The notes: generated from the sequence alone by a model not told the origin. Shown: positions 40,761-51,037, counted from the first letter of the stretch. The stretch: 53,049 nt of DNA from a virus (IMGVR_UViG_3300042197_000954:1-53049), one strand, 5' to 3'. Translations and numbers: made by a program.

Positions 40761-40887
40761 AATTCCAGACAAATTTCCAAACCCCTGACGGGGGTGGATA
40801 ACTTGTGGAAAACTTTTTTGTGGTGGTGGTTGTGGGTAATACATTTATCCTTATATTTGTAGTGTTAAACCTTAAACCCAATTTATT

Positions 40888-41112
40888 ATGATTAAATCAA
40901 AAGAAGAAAAGTCAAAAATTGAGATTGACTTAACGGGAGAACAAGGAAATTCATTTTTCCTACTCGGAATGGTTAAAAATCTTGGAACTCAAATCGGGTT
41001 GGATAAAGAAAAAATTTCTAATATCCAACAAAAAATGATGAGTGGAGATTACGAAAATCTTGTCCAAATTTTTGATAAAGAATTTGGAGATTATGTTATC
41101 TTGTATCGTTAA
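40888..41112 (+). CDS. cassette ORF, small hypothetical phage protein
   Basis: IDLTGEQGNSFFLLG...MMSGDYENL. Confidence 0.8.
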   Translation: MIKSKEEKSKIEIDLTGEQGNSFFLLGMVKNLGTQIGLDKEKISNIQQKMMSGDYENLVQIFDKEFGDYVILYR

Positions 41113-41124
41113 ACCAAATCAATT

Positions 41125-41286
41125 ATGGAAACACAAACCCAATTCCTTTCTTTTCGTGAATGGTTAGAGTACATTCGTGAGGAGTGTCTAAAAGTCGTTC
41201 CTATTGAACATTCGGAAGTAAAATCGGGGTGGAGAGTTAATTGGACACTTTATGGTATAATACTTGATTGTAAGAAAAGGTTGTGA
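41125..41286 (+). CDS. 53-aa hypothetical (not in ORF track)
   Basis: aaaccaaatcaattATG leader; METQTQFLSFREWLEYIREE...; terminator at 41307. Confidence 0.6.
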   Translation: METQTQFLSFREWLEYIREECLKVVPIEHSEVKSGWRVNWTLYGIILDCKKRL

Positions 41287-41632
41287 ATGGACTTTTCTTA
41301 TCGAGAAACCCTCGGACTTAATTGTTCGGGGGTTTTTTATTTGTGGGGACACGGAGAAGGAAGACAGACGGAAATTTTGTCTGGAAAAGGGGTGTATGAC
41401 ACTTATTATGGTGGGGGAAATTCCAGACAAAAATAAACAGGACACGGGTGGTTTACCAAAGGGTGTATGACACCTACTACGATGGGGGAAATCCAGACAA
41501 ATTTCAAAACCCCTGACGGGTGGTTCACCCGTTGTTACAAAATGTGGATAACTTGTGGAAAACTTTTTTGTGGTGGTGGTTGTGGGTAATGATTTTCTTT
41601 TTATATTTGTGTTCACTTAAACCCAATTTATT

Positions 41633-42196
41633 ATGAATGAAGAAATCAAAAAAGTAACAAAGTCCGAAATTGTCCGTATCATTATGGATATTGAGGAAAA
41701 AAACCCGAACACCTTTGTAGGAGTAAAGATGAGAACACTTTTTAGTCATGTTCTAAAAAAGACAAAGGACACCAACGAAATCAACCCTTATTACAAGGAG
41801 ATTTTTAAGGTAACTAACAAGACCTATCGTTTGGTTACTGACTATCAACAAAGAGTGTGGAATAACTTAATCAAAGAGGGTAAAAACCCGAACACCTTTA
41901 AGGTTGAAATTCCGAGTGGTAAAAAACATATCAGTAAATCTTTACTGACCGACAACGAAACGGAAACGAAAACCTATCTTATGATTGAGTGGTTTCCCGA
42001 AATCAAAGGTACTACCGAGTACGAGTATAGAGGTAACTCCATAGATAAGACCTTGTTTGAGAAGTGGATAAATGATGTTGAGAGTAGTAACAAAAAACAA
42101 GGTTTGGATAGAGTGGTTACACCGATAACTCCCAACCTTGATAATGTACTTGAAATTTCAGTAGGTGGTAAGAGGTACGAAATTGTGAAGGAGTAA
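41633..42196 (+). CDS. cassette ORF, paralog of 46330-46875
   Basis: shared NPY, DYxxRV, KEG, FPExK, GNxIDKxxFxKWI, EISxxGxRY. Confidence 0.85.
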   Translation: MNEEIKKVTKSEIVRIIMDIEEKNPNTFVGVKMRTLFSHVLKKTKDTNEINPYYKEIFKVTNKTYRLVTDYQQRVWNNLIKEGKNPNTFKVEIPSGKKHISKSLLTDNETETKTYLMIEWFPEIKGTTEYEYRGNSIDKTLFEKWINDVESSNKKQGLDRVVTPITPNLDNVLEISVGGKRYEIVKE

Positions 42197-42441
42197 TACA
42201 CACCCAAAACAAAACCGAAGGGGGTACGAAAGTATCCCCTTTTTTTTGTTCCCAATTTGGGGGACACTAAACCAGGTGGTATTTTGTCTGGAAATTCGTA
42301 TTACATTGGTGGTGCAAAATCCAGACAAAATGGATACCAGGACCACAAATGAGATATTGGTGAAAAAAATTGTATCAATGGTTGTTGGTAATACATTTGT
42401 TCCTATATTTGTGTATTCATTTAACCCTTAAACCCTTTATT

Positions 42442-42630
42442 ATGAGTAAAGATTATTTAATCGGAAAAAGAGTTCGTCTTATCTCAATGGAAAATGACCC
42501 TAACCCTATTGAAAAGGATTCAATGGGTACGATTTATCATGTCGGAGGTGGTGTCATCAATGTCAAATGGGATAGTGGTAGAACTCTTGGTTTGGTTGAT
42601 GGTAAAGACCAATACGAAATTGTGGAATGA
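42442..42630 (+). CDS. DUF4314-like small protein
   Basis: GKRVRLISMENDP...GTI...INVKWDSGRTLGLVDGKD; start at the ATG after the leader. Confidence 0.75.
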   Translation: MSKDYLIGKRVRLISMENDPNPIEKDSMGTIYHVGGGVINVKWDSGRTLGLVDGKDQYEIVE

Positions 42631-42790
42631 CCCAATGATTGAAGTTGTTTGTCAAACAACAAGACCCTCATCAGAAATGGTGGGGGTTTTTTGTTTTAGG
42701 GGATACGGAGAAGGAAGACAGACGGAAATTTTGTCTGGAAAAAAAGTTTAATAAAATTTTGGTTTTTGAATTTTTATTCGTACATTTGTT

Positions 42791-42868
42791 CCGTCATTTA
42801 ATTCTATTGGTAGGAATTGGTGTCATAATTTATTGGTTGGAACCCTCACCGAAAGGTGGGGGTTTTTT
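42791..42868 (+). ncRNA. putative small RNA cassette
   Basis: TTG 42759, N19, TACATTTG 42781; about 50 nt without a sense ATG; standard terminator 42841-42868. Confidence 0.5.
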
Positions 42869-43083
42869 GTTTTTAGTCAGAATAGTCACAACCAGAGTTC
42901 AGGTGGATTTTATCTGGAAAATGGCGTATGACACTTATTGTAGTAGGGGGAAATCCAGACAAAATTTGACATCAGAAAAAACAAGGTTGTTGTGGATAAA
43001 TTTTTTTATGTCAATGGTTGTGGGTAATACATTTATCCTTATATTTGTATGTTCAATTTTTCATTCACCCTTAAACCCTTATT

Positions 43084-43443
43084 ATGAAAAGAGGTATTTT
43101 GATTGACGTTGTAGAACGTAGTGTTACTGAAATTGATGTAACACAAAAAATTTCTCAACACCTTCGTTGTGATATGATTGACGTTGTGATGTATTCCGAT
43201 TCGGAAGATATTTACGTTGATGATTCTTGGAGGTTCAACACCGAAAACTATGTGAATACTTATTTTGAAATTGAAGGTGTAACTAAACCTATTTGTTCTA
43301 ATGGATTGATTTTAGGTATCGACCACCAAACGGGAAAAAGTGTTAATACCACTTTAAGTTTAGAGGAAGTTAAAAGTAAGATTAAATTCTTAACTTTTAT
43401 TCCCACCCCAAAAAATGGAGGGTTTTTTTTCGTATGGAAATGA
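43084..43443 (+). CDS. DUF3846-like cassette ORF
   Basis: ILID...DIYVDD...PICSNGLILG...LSLEEVK. Confidence 0.65.
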   Translation: MKRGILIDVVERSVTEIDVTQKISQHLRCDMIDVVMYSDSEDIYVDDSWRFNTENYVNTYFEIEGVTKPICSNGLILGIDHQTGKSVNTTLSLEEVKSKIKFLTFIPTPKNGGFFFVWK

Positions 43444-43731
43444 AACTTTATGGTGGAACATTAAACCCTCACCGAAAGGTGGGGGTTTTTTATTTGTGGG
43501 GATTGGAAACGGAACCAGTCTGACTGGTGAAATTTTATCTGGAAAAGGGGTGTATGACACTTTTATTATGTTACGGAAATCCAGACAAAATAAACACGGA
43601 CGACAGATGAGGGAAGTGTGGATTTTTTTTTATGTGAGTGGTTGTAGGTAATACATTTAATCGTATATTTGTGGTGTTAAACCTTAAACCAAATTCAAAT
43701 GGACTAGATTCAAGAAAAAAATAAAAAAACA

Positions 43732-44067
43732 ATGTTACCCAAAGGGTTTTTATCATCAGGTAACCAACCGACACAGAGGGCGGTTGAAATGTTTTTTGTT
43801 TATCTTTCAACTTTACCCGATGGGTGGGATATTAAAAAAATTAACAAAAGTTCACTTGAAATATTACGAGACTATTTCAATGTTGATTATGGTTTTAGTG
43901 CTATGATAATGTGGGGAATAAAGATTGGATGTGCAAAATCAAATTCATCAAAAGATACATATGAGGCGATGTCCACCGCGTTTATTATCGCTAAAGGTAT
44001 GATTGGTCAAAAAGTTAAACTAACAACCAAAAAAATCTCTCCGTTAGAATACTCAAACGCGGCTTGA
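43732..44067 (+). CDS. cassette ORF, hypothetical
   Basis: promoter/terminator context. Confidence 0.65.
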   Translation: MLPKGFLSSGNQPTQRAVEMFFVYLSTLPDGWDIKKINKSSLEILRDYFNVDYGFSAMIMWGIKIGCAKSNSSKDTYEAMSTAFIIAKGMIGQKVKLTTKKISPLEYSNAA

Positions 44068-44376
44068 TTAAACTAAAAAAAAGGAGTGGGGTTAAGTGAA
44101 TGAATAAATTTTTCACTCCGAGAACCCCCACCGAAAGGTGGGGGTTTTTTATTTATGGGGTTTGGAAACGGAACCAATCTGACCCGTGGAATTTTGTCTG
44201 GAAAAGGGTGTATGACACCTACTACGATGGGGGAAAATCCAGACAAAATTCACGACACCGAACCGATGGTTCACCCGTTGTTACAAAATGTGGATAACTT
44301 GTGGAAAACTTTTTTATGGAAAAGGTTGTGGGTAATACATTTGTTCTTATATTTGTATCGTTAAACCAAACCTATT

Positions 44377-44574
44377 ATGATAGTAGAACTCAATTCCGTT
44401 GGTAGTGTGGTTGATACTGAAACACTTTTTACATACCCCAAATATATCGATGGTGGGTATGATAAAGATGGTGGTGTCCATATATGTGAAGTCAGTGATG
44501 AATGGTATTCCTCTTTGAACGAAGAAGACAAGTATGTTGTCGATACACTATTTTTTATGACAAAACCGACTTGA
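44377..44574 (+). CDS. cassette ORF, small acidic hypothetical
   Basis: promoter and leader upstream; no terminator after. Confidence 0.75.
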   Translation: MIVELNSVGSVVDTETLFTYPKYIDGGYDKDGGVHICEVSDEWYSSLNEEDKYVVDTLFFMTKPT

Positions 44575-44754
44575 TAGTACCCCTTCCCCGATTTTGTCTG
44601 GAAAGAGTGTGTGGTACTTATTATGGTAGGGAGAAATTCCAGACAAAATTTGACATCAGAAAAAAACAAGGTTGTTGTGGATAACTTTTTTTGTGGTGGT
44701 GGTTGTATGTAATGATTTTCTTGTTATATTTGTGTTCACTTAAACTCAATTATT

Positions 44755-45021
44755 ATGAATACACAAACAGATTTATTACCTCAACAAATTATTCAAAAAA
44801 TGGTTAGGGAAAAGATTGACGATTTATTAACTGAACAAATTGACTATGAATGGGGTAATTCGGATTTCACCAACGAATTGAATTCTTATACTGATTTGAC
44901 ATTAGTTCAAACAACTCGTTCGGTTACATTGAATGAAAGTTTTTATGAAAGTTTTCTTAAACACCTCACGGAAGTCGTGTCATCGGGGATTATGGTTTTG
45001 GTGGAAAAGGACACGAATTAG
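44755..45021 (+). CDS. cassette ORF, hypothetical
   Basis: promoter/terminator context. Confidence 0.75.
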   Translation: MNTQTDLLPQQIIQKMVREKIDDLLTEQIDYEWGNSDFTNELNSYTDLTLVQTTRSVTLNESFYESFLKHLTEVVSSGIMVLVEKDTN

Positions 45022-45298
45022 AGATGGTATGTTTTAAGAATCCCTCACCGAAAGGTGGGGGTTTTTTATTTGTGGGGATACGAAAGAAGGACGGGACGGG
45101 ACAGGTGGAATTTTGTCTGGAAAAAGGGTGTATGACACCTACTACGATGGGGGAAAATCCAGACAAAATTCACGACACCGAACCGATGGTTCACCCGTTG
45201 TTACAAAGTGTGGATAACTTGTGGAAAACTTTTTTGTGTCAATGGTTGTAGGTAATGAATTTGTCCTTATATTTGTGTTCACTTAAACCCAATTTATT

Positions 45299-45430
45299 AT
45301 GAACAACCCATCAACAATTCCATCACAACCCAATGTTCTTCCCGACACTCGACCAAAAGAAAAAGGTAAACCAAAACGAAGAACACCTTATGACCCAGGA
45401 CCCCGTACTGACCCTAAACCCAAAGGGTAA
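45299..45430 (+). CDS. 43-aa Pro/Lys-rich peptide (not in ORF track)
   Basis: fills a cassette exactly: MNNPSTIPSQPNVLPDTRPKEKGKPKRRTPYDPGPRTDPKPKG. Confidence 0.75.
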   Translation: MNNPSTIPSQPNVLPDTRPKEKGKPKRRTPYDPGPRTDPKPKG

Positions 45431-45673
45431 GTAATTCAACCCCCACCGAAAGGTGGGGGTTTTTTATTTGTGGGGATACGAAAGAAGGACGGGACAGGTG
45501 GGATTTTGTCTGGAAAAAGGGTGTATGACACCTACTACGATGGGGGAAAATCCAGACAAAATTCAACACCAAAGAAAAACAAGGTTGTTAAAAATGAATT
45601 TCTTTATGGAAAAGGTTGTGGGTAATACATTTGTTCTTATATTTGTATCGTTAAACCTTAAACCAAACCACTT

Positions 45674-45967
45674 ATGAATAAGTACATTGATTTCTCCATT
45701 GACCACAATGGTAATTGTGAATGGATTGATGACTTTCTTGTCAATAACGAAGAAGTGATGATTGATGAAACGGATGTTCAACCTTTAATTGAAGAATTGA
45801 AGAAGATAGAGGGATTCAATATCTCTGAACACCGAACCGAAGTTCGTATTTGGTGGAACGAAAACGGAACTATGGATATTCTTTATCGGTATTTCAACGA
45901 TTCGGATTCGGGGGATTTTGATGAACATAGATTATATCCCCCCACACCAATTAACTTTGAACCCTAA
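45674..45967 (+). CDS. cassette ORF, acidic, paralog of 47774-48073
   Basis: shared EELKKxxGFxxSEHRTEVR...GTMDI...YFN. Confidence 0.8.
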   Translation: MNKYIDFSIDHNGNCEWIDDFLVNNEEVMIDETDVQPLIEELKKIEGFNISEHRTEVRIWWNENGTMDILYRYFNDSDSGDFDEHRLYPPTPINFEP

Positions 45968-46329
45968 GTTGTCTAATCAACTTAAACCCTCACCGAAAGG
46001 TGGGGGTTTTTTATTTGGGAAGAATCCCTCAGTGATACCGGGATGTTGGATTTTGTCTGGAAAAAGGGTGTATGACACTTATTGTAGTAGGGGAAATCCA
46101 GACAAAATTCCGAGATGACCGAGATGGTGGTGATAAATCACAATATGTTATATAACAACAAATAAATCATAACAACAAACACATACATTCCAGACAAATT
46201 TTACGACACCGAACCGATGGTTCACCCGTTGTTACAAAATGTGGATAACTTGTGGAAAACTTTTTTATGGAAAAGGTTGTGGGTAATACATTTGTCCTTA
46301 TATTTGTGTTCACTTAAACCCAATTTATT

Positions 46330-46875
46330 ATGAAAAACACCCCAATTTCAATCACTCAAACCGAGTTGATTAACATTCTCAATGGTATTGAGAAACCAAC
46401 ATTTTGTAACCTTTTAACGGAAACCATTGTCAAGATGAACAAGGGTAAAACCAAAGAAGGTATTATTGAACCTAACCCCTATCACGATAAAGTGGTAAAA
46501 CTTAAAAGTGGTAATTTTCTTATTGGTTCGGATTACGAAAAACGAGTAATTGTAAACGATGAAAAGGAAGGTGGAGAAGGTGATTTCAAAAGTCAAGAGA
46601 GTAAGGTCGGTAAACATATTTCAAGATGTGTTTTGTTTAATGAAAAGAAAAACAGGTACTATCTATCGTTGGAGAGATTTCCCGAAGTAAAACCAAAGGT
46701 GGAGTATTTGTTTGAGGGTAACACTATTGATAAAGTAATTTTCGATAAGTGGATTTCCGATACTGACAATTACCAAAACCAACCCCAAGAAAGAAAAGTG
46801 GAGTGGACAACCCTAATGTTATCGAACATTCGAGAGATTAGTTTGAACGGAAATAGGTATAAAGTTGAGGGGTAA
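46330..46875 (+). CDS. cassette ORF, paralog of 41633-42196
   Basis: see 41633. Confidence 0.85.
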   Translation: MKNTPISITQTELINILNGIEKPTFCNLLTETIVKMNKGKTKEGIIEPNPYHDKVVKLKSGNFLIGSDYEKRVIVNDEKEGGEGDFKSQESKVGKHISRCVLFNEKKNRYYLSLERFPEVKPKVEYLFEGNTIDKVIFDKWISDTDNYQNQPQERKVEWTTLMLSNIREISLNGNRYKVEG

Positions 46876-47130
46876 CACCCTCAATTTTGTATCACAAACC
46901 CTCACCGAAAGGTGGGGGTTTTTTATTTGTGGGGATACGAAAGAAGGACGGGACGGGACAGGTGGGATTTTGTCTGGAAATTCGTATTACATTGGTGGTG
47001 CAAAATCCAGACAAAATTTGAGTCCGAGACTCACGGGTGAGGTTGTGGTAAAAAAAAATTGTGGTGGTGGTTGTATGTAATGATTTTCTTATTATATTTG
47101 TGTTCACTTAAACCTTAAACCAAACCAATT

Positions 47131-47505
47131 ATGACAAACATTTTCAAACCCTTCAATGAGGATTTTTTTTCAAAGTCCAACCGAACAATTAAGTGGTACG
47201 ATAAACAAGGAGTATTTCAAACAACGGATGGTGTTGTAACCATAACCATTGATGATGTTGGAGTCCGTGACCACTACAATGGGTATTGGGTGGAAAAAAT
47301 TAACCCCCGTGTTGGGTCTATTGTTAAAAAGTTTTTTCGTTTCTCCGACCATTTAACAATGATACACCGAAATGAACGGGATAAGTATTCTCACGTTTGG
47401 TTACAAGATAGTAGGTTTGAATGGTACATATCCAAACCAAAGGACACCAAAGAAATGACCGATGTGATTTTTGATTGGATTGATAATTTCACAACACGTC
47501 CGTAA
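47131..47505 (+). CDS. cassette ORF, hypothetical
   Basis: promoter/terminator context. Confidence 0.8.
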   Translation: MTNIFKPFNEDFFSKSNRTIKWYDKQGVFQTTDGVVTITIDDVGVRDHYNGYWVEKINPRVGSIVKKFFRFSDHLTMIHRNERDKYSHVWLQDSRFEWYISKPKDTKEMTDVIFDWIDNFTTRP

Positions 47506-47773
47506 CCCTCATTGAGGTATGACAAACCCTCACCGAAAGGTGGGGGTTTTTTGTTTGGTAGTGATTGGAATCGGGACAGATGGATTTTGTCTGGAAATTC
47601 GTATTACATTGGTGGTGCAAAATCCAGACAAAATTTGAATCCGAGACTCGAAAATGTGGATAACTTGTGGAAAACTTTTTTGTGGTAATGGTTGTATGTA
47701 ATGATTTTCTTATTATATTTGTATGTTCATTCACTTAAACCCACGGATGGGGGATAAACCAAACACCAATGAT

Positions 47774-48073
47774 ATGAACACAATTTATTTAGAGTTCTCA
47801 CTAGACCCAATGGGTGATGTGGACGAGATTACCAATTTGGTCATTAACGATGAATCGGTAGATGTTGATGACGATGAAAAGTCCGTTTTGGATTTTGTTG
47901 AGGAGTTAAAGAAGTTGGATGGGTTTATGGTTTCCGAACACCGAACCGAAGTCCGTTGTGATTTGAAGGAGGATGGTACGATGGATATTGACATTGAGTA
48001 TTTTAATTTCCTTACCTCACCTCACGAGTACAAGTTGGTTGGTATTCCGAGAATACCCTTCGACCACGAATAG
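47774..48073 (+). CDS. cassette ORF, acidic, paralog of 45674-45967
   Basis: start moved to MNTIYLEF by alignment to the paralog. Confidence 0.8.
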   Translation: MNTIYLEFSLDPMGDVDEITNLVINDESVDVDDDEKSVLDFVEELKKLDGFMVSEHRTEVRCDLKEDGTMDIDIEYFNFLTSPHEYKLVGIPRIPFDHE

Positions 48074-48342
48074 TGGTTGATGACCTCAACGAAGACCCTC
48101 ACCGAAAGGTGGGGGTTTTTGTCTGAACAATCCCCTATATTTGATGTATGACTAAACTACCCCTAACTAAACGATTGAGATGTTTGGTGGATTTGATTGT
48201 TTTTTCCCCACTCATTATCCATTCCATTTGGATTATTTCCAGACAAAAATCCTCTCGACCTGATGGGAGATAAAATTTTTTTTGGTGGTGGTTGTTCGTA
48301 ATACATTTGTTCTTATATTTGTATCATTAAAACAAACCAATT

Positions 48343-48501
48343 ATGTCTAACACTATTCCTTATACCATTGAAATCGGTGTCTATTACAACATAGATGAAG
48401 AAACGGGTAAACCCATGTTTGATACCGATAGTATGACCGAAGAATTTCAACAAAAACTCAATGAGTTGGAAACAAATGAATGGGACACCGATGAACAATA
48501 A
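48343..48501 (+). CDS. 52-aa acidic protein (not in ORF track)
   Basis: leader aaaccaattATG; MSNTIPYTIEIGVYYNIDEETGKPMFDTDSMTEEFQQKLNELETNEWDTDEQ. Confidence 0.7.
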   Translation: MSNTIPYTIEIGVYYNIDEETGKPMFDTDSMTEEFQQKLNELETNEWDTDEQ

Positions 48502-48715
48502 AATCGTATCGTGTCGGATAACCGACCAACCGAAATCTTTATTTGACCCAATGCCCCAAGTATGGGTTACATTGGAGAATGAAAGTAAAGAACAATTCTT
48601 GTTTGAGTATTATCCTGATGAAATTAGTTTCACCCCAAGTGAGTTTATTGGATTGACAATGGATGAAGGTAAACACTTAAAATACCTAAAAGATAGAAAG
48701 TTCTTGACAACTTGA
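48491..48715 (+). CDS. small hypothetical protein
   Basis: MPQVWVT...LFEYYPDEISFTPSEFIGLT; start overlaps the end of the previous ORF. Confidence 0.7.
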   Translation: MNNKIVSCRITDQPKSLFDPMPQVWVTLENESKEQFLFEYYPDEISFTPSEFIGLTMDEGKHLKYLKDRKFLTT

Positions 48716-48901
48716 AGGAAATCGTCAATTTTGTCTGGAAAAGGATGTATGACATTCCAGACAAAATTTATGGAAGTGCGTGGGGGGTTGTTTAATTTTT
48801 ATGTCAAATGGTTAAACAAAAAAATATTTTTCAATGAATGGTTGTGTGTAATGATTTTGTTCTTATATTTGTTCCGTTAAACAACTTAAACCCATTTTTA
48901 T

Positions 48902-49219
48902 ATGAACAAAGATTCAATTAGTGATTGCCTCGGTATTGGATTAGACAATCCAAACTACCCAAAACTTATCGGAAGTAAAGTGATAGATGTACTTTCGAAA
49001 GAAGAAACCATTTCCGAAGTCTTGTTAAATCTCGGTTCTTGGTCAAAGATGGAGAACTTTTTTTCAGAAGAAAAATTGACACCTTATGAGAAAGAGTTGT
49101 TATTTATTGGTTATGTGGTTGGTTTGAGAAATGCAACTTCATCCCAAGACTCATTAACTCAATTAGAAAAAATGGTTGAGTTGATGGAAAGAGTGAAAAA
49201 GGTTAGTAAAGAAGGTTAA
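48902..49219 (+). CDS. cassette ORF, hypothetical
   Basis: promoter/terminator context. Confidence 0.75.
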   Translation: MNKDSISDCLGIGLDNPNYPKLIGSKVIDVLSKEETISEVLLNLGSWSKMENFFSEEKLTPYEKELLFIGYVVGLRNATSSQDSLTQLEKMVELMERVKKVSKEG

Positions 49220-49457
49220 TCATCAATCTATCTTAACGAAGAACCCTCACCGAAAGGTGGGGGTTTTTTGTTTGGGGAGAATCCCTCAGTGCTACCAGGA
49301 TGTTGGATTTTGTCTGGAAAAGGATGTATGACATTCCAGACAAAATTGGAGTCGGAATTCTGGTCCCTCCAAAAAAGATTAAATTATTTTTTTGTGAATG
49401 GTTGTATGTAATGATTTTATTATTATATTTGTCTCGTTAAACTTTAAACCCCTTATT

Positions 49458-50090
49458 ATGAAACATCAAAACAATCATCCACCTAATTACTATCTGAACC
49501 TCGCAGAGGAAAGGAAAAAAACTTACAATCTAATCACTCCAACGGAAATGAACCTAAAAATGAGGGACTTCATTCCGTGTATCTACCAAAAATGTTCCCC
49601 AAATATGTACGGGCATGTTTTTAGTCAAAAAATTATTAAAGAAACAAACGGATTTTTCAAAACATCCCCTCACTCAATGGATAACGGAGATTTTTATTTT
49701 AATGTTGGTTATCAGAGTTTTTATGGTGAAATTAAAATTTCTTACAAGGGAAAAAATGGTGGTTACAGAATTACCAACATACGAGACCACCAAAAATTTA
49801 ATTTCTTTTTACTTTGTTTTGTCGATACCCAAAAAAGTTTTATCCCCCAATATTATGTTGTCCCCAAAGGGTCAATAACCGAAAGTAACTTTTTTTCATT
49901 AACACCTATGAACGGAACATTTTTATCTAATGTTAATAATGAAGTTGTACCAAAATCGACAAATGTGAAGCACGAATATTGTGAATGGTTTTTTAAAAAA
50001 CATAACATATTAAAAGGAAACAAATTTTCACATTTGAAACAATTTTTTAATGAAGATTTTATTAAAACAACTCAATTTTATCAACCTTAA
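49458..50090 (+). CDS. putative PD-(D/E)XK restriction-endonuclease-like protein
   Basis: NGD...YGEIKIS...NIR...FFLL; start at the ATG after the leader. Confidence 0.55.
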   Translation: MKHQNNHPPNYYLNLAEERKKTYNLITPTEMNLKMRDFIPCIYQKCSPNMYGHVFSQKIIKETNGFFKTSPHSMDNGDFYFNVGYQSFYGEIKISYKGKNGGYRITNIRDHQKFNFFLLCFVDTQKSFIPQYYVVPKGSITESNFFSLTPMNGTFLSNVNNEVVPKSTNVKHEYCEWFFKKHNILKGNKFSHLKQFFNEDFIKTTQFYQP

Positions 50091-50101
50091 ATTTTTAAAC
50101 A

Positions 50102-51037
50102 ATGGAAACTAGAACACAATTTTCAAAACAAGAAGTCTGGTCAATCGACAAATTTTTATCCGTTCCTGTATATGAAAAAAACAGAACTATTGAACCCCGA
50201 CTTAAACGAATTACCAAACTTTTAAAAGATAACAAAAATCAAAGATTATTTGAAGTATCGGTTGGTGTTGCAACAAAAGATTTTGATGAAACATTATCTC
50301 GATACAAAAAGGATGATGTTTTTTGTCTGGATGGTAATTGTAGAAGTGAAGTTTGGAAAAGAAACCCATCATTATGTCCAGAAAATGTTTTGGTCAATGT
50401 TTATTCATTAGATACAAAAGAGAAATCGGACGAAACTTATTTCACTTTTGATAATTCATCAGCCAGTGAAACTTCCAGTGATAAAATGAGTGGTTTACTT
50501 CGTGAGAAAAACTATTCAGCAAAAAGTGATGTTATACGATATGGTAGAATGAACACTTTTCTTAAAAAATCAACTCGTTATTCTTGTGATAAAGATGGGG
50601 TGTATTTAATGAACTCATCGATTGAGAAAAAGTTAAATTTTCATTGGGATGAAGTTACATTTCTCGACCAATATCAACAAATTTTCAACAAAAGTGTAAA
50701 GGGGTCTTGTAATGTATATGCCGCATTATTGATGGTTGGTAAAAAGTATGGTGTTACTCACCCTCGTTTCAAAGTGTTACTTGATAACTATTGTAATGAA
50801 GAAACCGAAGTGAACAACAAAGATTATGTTGATGGTGTTACTTATGTTTTCAATACCTTGTATGGAAAACACAAAGAAATTTGGGGTAACAACGCATTTA
50901 GTGTTAATTGTTCACCTTTATTTGGAAAAATTTTGTTTTCTTTTGAAACATTTGTGTTGGGTAATTTTATTGAAAAAAACAACAAGAAAAAAGATAGTTT
51001 TTATATGGACTATTATCGGGATTTTTATTTCAGTTAA
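50102..51037 (+). CDS. protein with ParB/Srx-like (DGxxR) N-terminal domain
   Basis: FCLDGNCRSEVW, NR motif upstream, YFTFDN downstream. Confidence 0.45.
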   Translation: METRTQFSKQEVWSIDKFLSVPVYEKNRTIEPRLKRITKLLKDNKNQRLFEVSVGVATKDFDETLSRYKKDDVFCLDGNCRSEVWKRNPSLCPENVLVNVYSLDTKEKSDETYFTFDNSSASETSSDKMSGLLREKNYSAKSDVIRYGRMNTFLKKSTRYSCDKDGVYLMNSSIEKKLNFHWDEVTFLDQYQQIFNKSVKGSCNVYAALLMVGKKYGVTHPRFKVLLDNYCNEETEVNNKDYVDGVTYVFNTLYGKHKEIWGNNAFSVNCSPLFGKILFSFETFVLGNFIEKNNKKKDSFYMDYYRDFYFS

